In this document: positions 61,876 to 64,000 of the stretch, in pieces
How positions within the stretch are numbered: the stretch's first letter is position 1
How the letters are laid out: every line of letters begins with the position of its first letter
Origin: a virus
Length of the DNA stretch: 64,000 nt
IMG/VR virus record: IMGVR_UViG_3300031857_022279
Strand: one strand, 5' to 3'
The notes under the pieces: generated by a model
What the model saw: the letters and a program-made list of their open reading frames with translations, nothing else
The model's database searches: none
Told to the model about the DNA's origin: nothing
Program-made: the position numbers and the translations under genes

Positions 61876-62355
61876 TTATTTATTAAATAGCCCTGTTCCA
61901 ACTCTAATATTATTACCAGCAACTTTTATCTGTTGAGTTGGTGTGTCCATTACTGTCGGTGGTAGATTAAAGTTTTGTTCAACGTAAGCTTGTCTTGATG
62001 GATCAACTTTAGTTGACTTATCTTTATTAGCAAGTAACTTTTGAGTGTTTTCTACTGCGACTTCTTGTGGTCTTAGTTTTTCTATTTGTTCTATATTCGG
62101 ATATATTATAGTTGTACCTTCTTTTATATTCAGTGGATTGCTAATATTATTAACACTTAAAATTATATCAATGTGTTCTAAATTACCATAAATTGAGTTA
62201 CAAACTAAATCTATTCTCATCTCTTCTCCCTTTTTTACTCTGTATGAATTGTAATTCACACCTTGCCAGGTAGCCTGGAAAGTAACTGTTGTTAGATTAA
62301 ACAAATTTTCATTTTCTTCGTTTCTTTTAAGTTTATCAATATCAGCTATTTTCAT
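61876..62355 (-). CDS. Baseplate wedge protein (T4 gp53-like, LysM-like fold)
   Basis: YRV..GEEMRIDLV..SIYGN......IL.VNNI.NP pattern. Confidence 0.7.
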   Translation of the reverse strand: MKIADIDKLKRNEENENLFNLTTVTFQATWQGVNYNSYRVKKGEEMRIDLVCNSIYGNLEHIDIILSVNNISNPLNIKEGTTIIYPNIEQIEKLRPQEVAVENTQKLLANKDKSTKVDPSRQAYVEQNFNLPPTVMDTPTQQIKVAGNNIRVGTGLFNK

Positions 62356-62357
62356 AA

Positions 62358-64000
62358 TTAAATAAATAATTTATCTCCCGGTTTTATAAAGTCTGGGTCT
62401 GATTGTGAATTTGTATTAACTATACCATCAACTTCAAGTGGATTCTTGTTCTTATTAAGTGAAATAATTCTCTTTGTCTCTGCAAGTATTTCAGAATTTG
62501 AAGCGTTTGGTCCAAGTTTATTTCTTGCTATTTTGGAAATACTATCACCAGCTTTAACTGTATATTCATCACCTGGTAGGTTTTCAACTTTTCCAAGAAG
62601 AGCCTCTACACTATTAGGATCTGGATTTATAGATTGACCGTTTGCTGCAATATCATTTCCTATTTTTGTTTGAGTTGCGAGTTCTAATGCTCCTTCTTGT
62701 GACAGTACACCTTGGCCGTCTTGCGTCTCCATATTATCTAGAACCTCTGGCGCATAAGGACCAATTAAACCCTCTGTCTCATTAGGTTCGGGAGTTGCGG
62801 ATGTAGTAGTCGATGCTGTAGTACCAGGTGTATCTTTACTTGTACTCTCTGGATTTGGCTTTGGTGGGTCTTCAAGGAAATTCCAAAATGATGGTACTTC
62901 TTCATGAACTCTGATACTACCGCAGTTTAATTTTTCCATAATTTCATCAATACCCAGATTTCTTGCACTCTTTAAAGTAAACTCGCATTCTATGTATGAT
63001 GGTAAATCATTGAAGCTTAGCTGAGGACCAAGATTTACTTGAACTTCACTACATTCCATATCACCACTTGATAAAATTGGACGAAGAGGATTTCCTATAG
63101 TTACGTGCCAAGGTGTAGAAGGAGCACCTGTAAGAGCGGATACAATCCCTAATACTCTAACTCTATATTTTTTTACTAATGAGTCTACAAGTCCTTGTAC
63201 TATTTTATCAACCACTGCAGTTGCTGCATTTAGTTGGTCTTGTCTTTCTTTTTCGGCTTTTTGATTAGCTTCATCTGCCTTCTTCTTTGCATCATCAACA
63301 GCTTGTTGATTTTCAGGATCAACTTCTTCATCTTTTGCTGGGTTTTCACCATTGAACAGTTTCGTAATTTCTGATTTAATTTGACCCACTACTTTATCTA
63401 ACTCCTCCTTAAAAGCTTGAACCAATTGTTTTATTTTAGCAATAGCACCACCTGGTCTTGAAAACTCATCTAAAAATTTCCCTAAACCGGTAAGATTAGA
63501 TTTTTTACCTAAATAAAAAACAGCTTGAGAACCACCAAATGAAAGTATTGTTTGTAAAATCTCATAATAGATAATAGTTGGATCTACTCCAGATATAAAC
63601 TTTTGCTCCCATGCGCACTTTACTTTAATATTAAATTTACCTATTAATCCAGATCCAGGAGTATCATCTTTCATCAACTTTCTTTGTCTTGCTTCTTTGA
63701 TTAAGTTTGGCGTACCAGATGGTAGAATTTCTGCTGTTGCTGGATCACCTATAACACCAAGTTTTGCCAGAATTTTTCTTTGAAACAGTTCAGTCGCACC
63801 TGGTGCTGGTATAAAATCAAGTCCTCTAGCTAAAATATCACCTAATTTTGCAAACTTCATACCCATATCATCACCAAGTTCATTTAATAAATCTACAAAA
63901 CTTACACCGGCATCTACCCACTCTTCTCCAAAATTGAATTCTAAAATATTTGATGCATCATCTATCCAAGTAACTAAAGTGGAAACGGCAGAACCCTTTA
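62358..64000 (-). CDS. Tail/baseplate protein with a C-terminal LysM domain, 5'-truncated by the window edge
   Basis: The frame stays open from the track start at 63866 to the window end (KGSAVSTLVTW...); PWHVTIGNPLRPI..G motif; LysM YTVKAGDSISKIA...IKPGDKL. Confidence 0.75.
   Translation of the reverse strand, partial: KGSAVSTLVTWIDDASNILEFNFGEEWVDAGVSFVDLLNELGDDMGMKFAKLGDILARGLDFIPAPGATELFQRKILAKLGVIGDPATAEILPSGTPNLIKEARQRKLMKDDTPGSGLIGKFNIKVKCAWEQKFISGVDPTIIYYEILQTILSFGGSQAVFYLGKKSNLTGLGKFLDEFSRPGGAIAKIKQLVQAFKEELDKVVGQIKSEITKLFNGENPAKDEEVDPENQQAVDDAKKKADEANQKAEKERQDQLNAATAVVDKIVQGLVDSLVKKYRVRVLGIVSALTGAPSTPWHVTIGNPLRPILSSGDMECSEVQVNLGPQLSFNDLPSYIECEFTLKSARNLGIDEIMEKLNCGSIRVHEEVPSFWNFLEDPPKPNPESTSKDTPGTTASTTTSATPEPNETEGLIGPYAPEVLDNMETQDGQGVLSQEGALELATQTKIGNDIAANGQSINPDPNSVEALLGKVENLPGDEYTVKAGDSISKIARNKLGPNASNSEILAETKRIISLNKNKNPLEVDGIVNTNSQSDPDFIKPGDKLFI

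Overview
This AT-rich, densely coded window looks like part of a T4-like (myovirus) jumbo phage genome with a Bacteroidota host. Phage evidence: baseplate wedge and hub genes (53-64 kb), two very large collagen-like fibre genes and two paralogous beta-helix genes (30.5-44.3 kb), a GH24 lysozyme, and many short orphan ORFs without Shine-Dalgarno sites. Host evidence: Bacteroidota-type TTTG-N19-TAnnTTTG promoters, signal peptides followed by Gln, an outer-membrane beta-barrel, lipoproteins and a protease with a T9SS-like C-terminus. Auxiliary genes include groES/groEL, mgsA, uvsE, purA, gmk, iscA, HU, a SET-domain protein, glycosyltransferases, a 2OG-Fe(II) oxygenase and tRNA-Arg(UCU). Main patterns that gene labels do not explain: (1) about 13-15 unrelated proteins share an N-terminal peptide resembling the T4 capsid-targeting sequence, and most sit 4-6 nt behind a conserved TAATATATA motif, suggesting late, head-packaged cargo; (2) four unrelated small proteins share a C-terminal R-D-x-x-I-x-x-I-L-E/D motif; (3) two candidate structured ncRNAs (about 9950-10240 and 55291-55368); (4) Thr-rich collagen fibres with nearby glycosyltransferases, plus a prolyl-hydroxylase-like gene, suggesting virion modification. 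All calls come from reading the sequence; no database searches were run.
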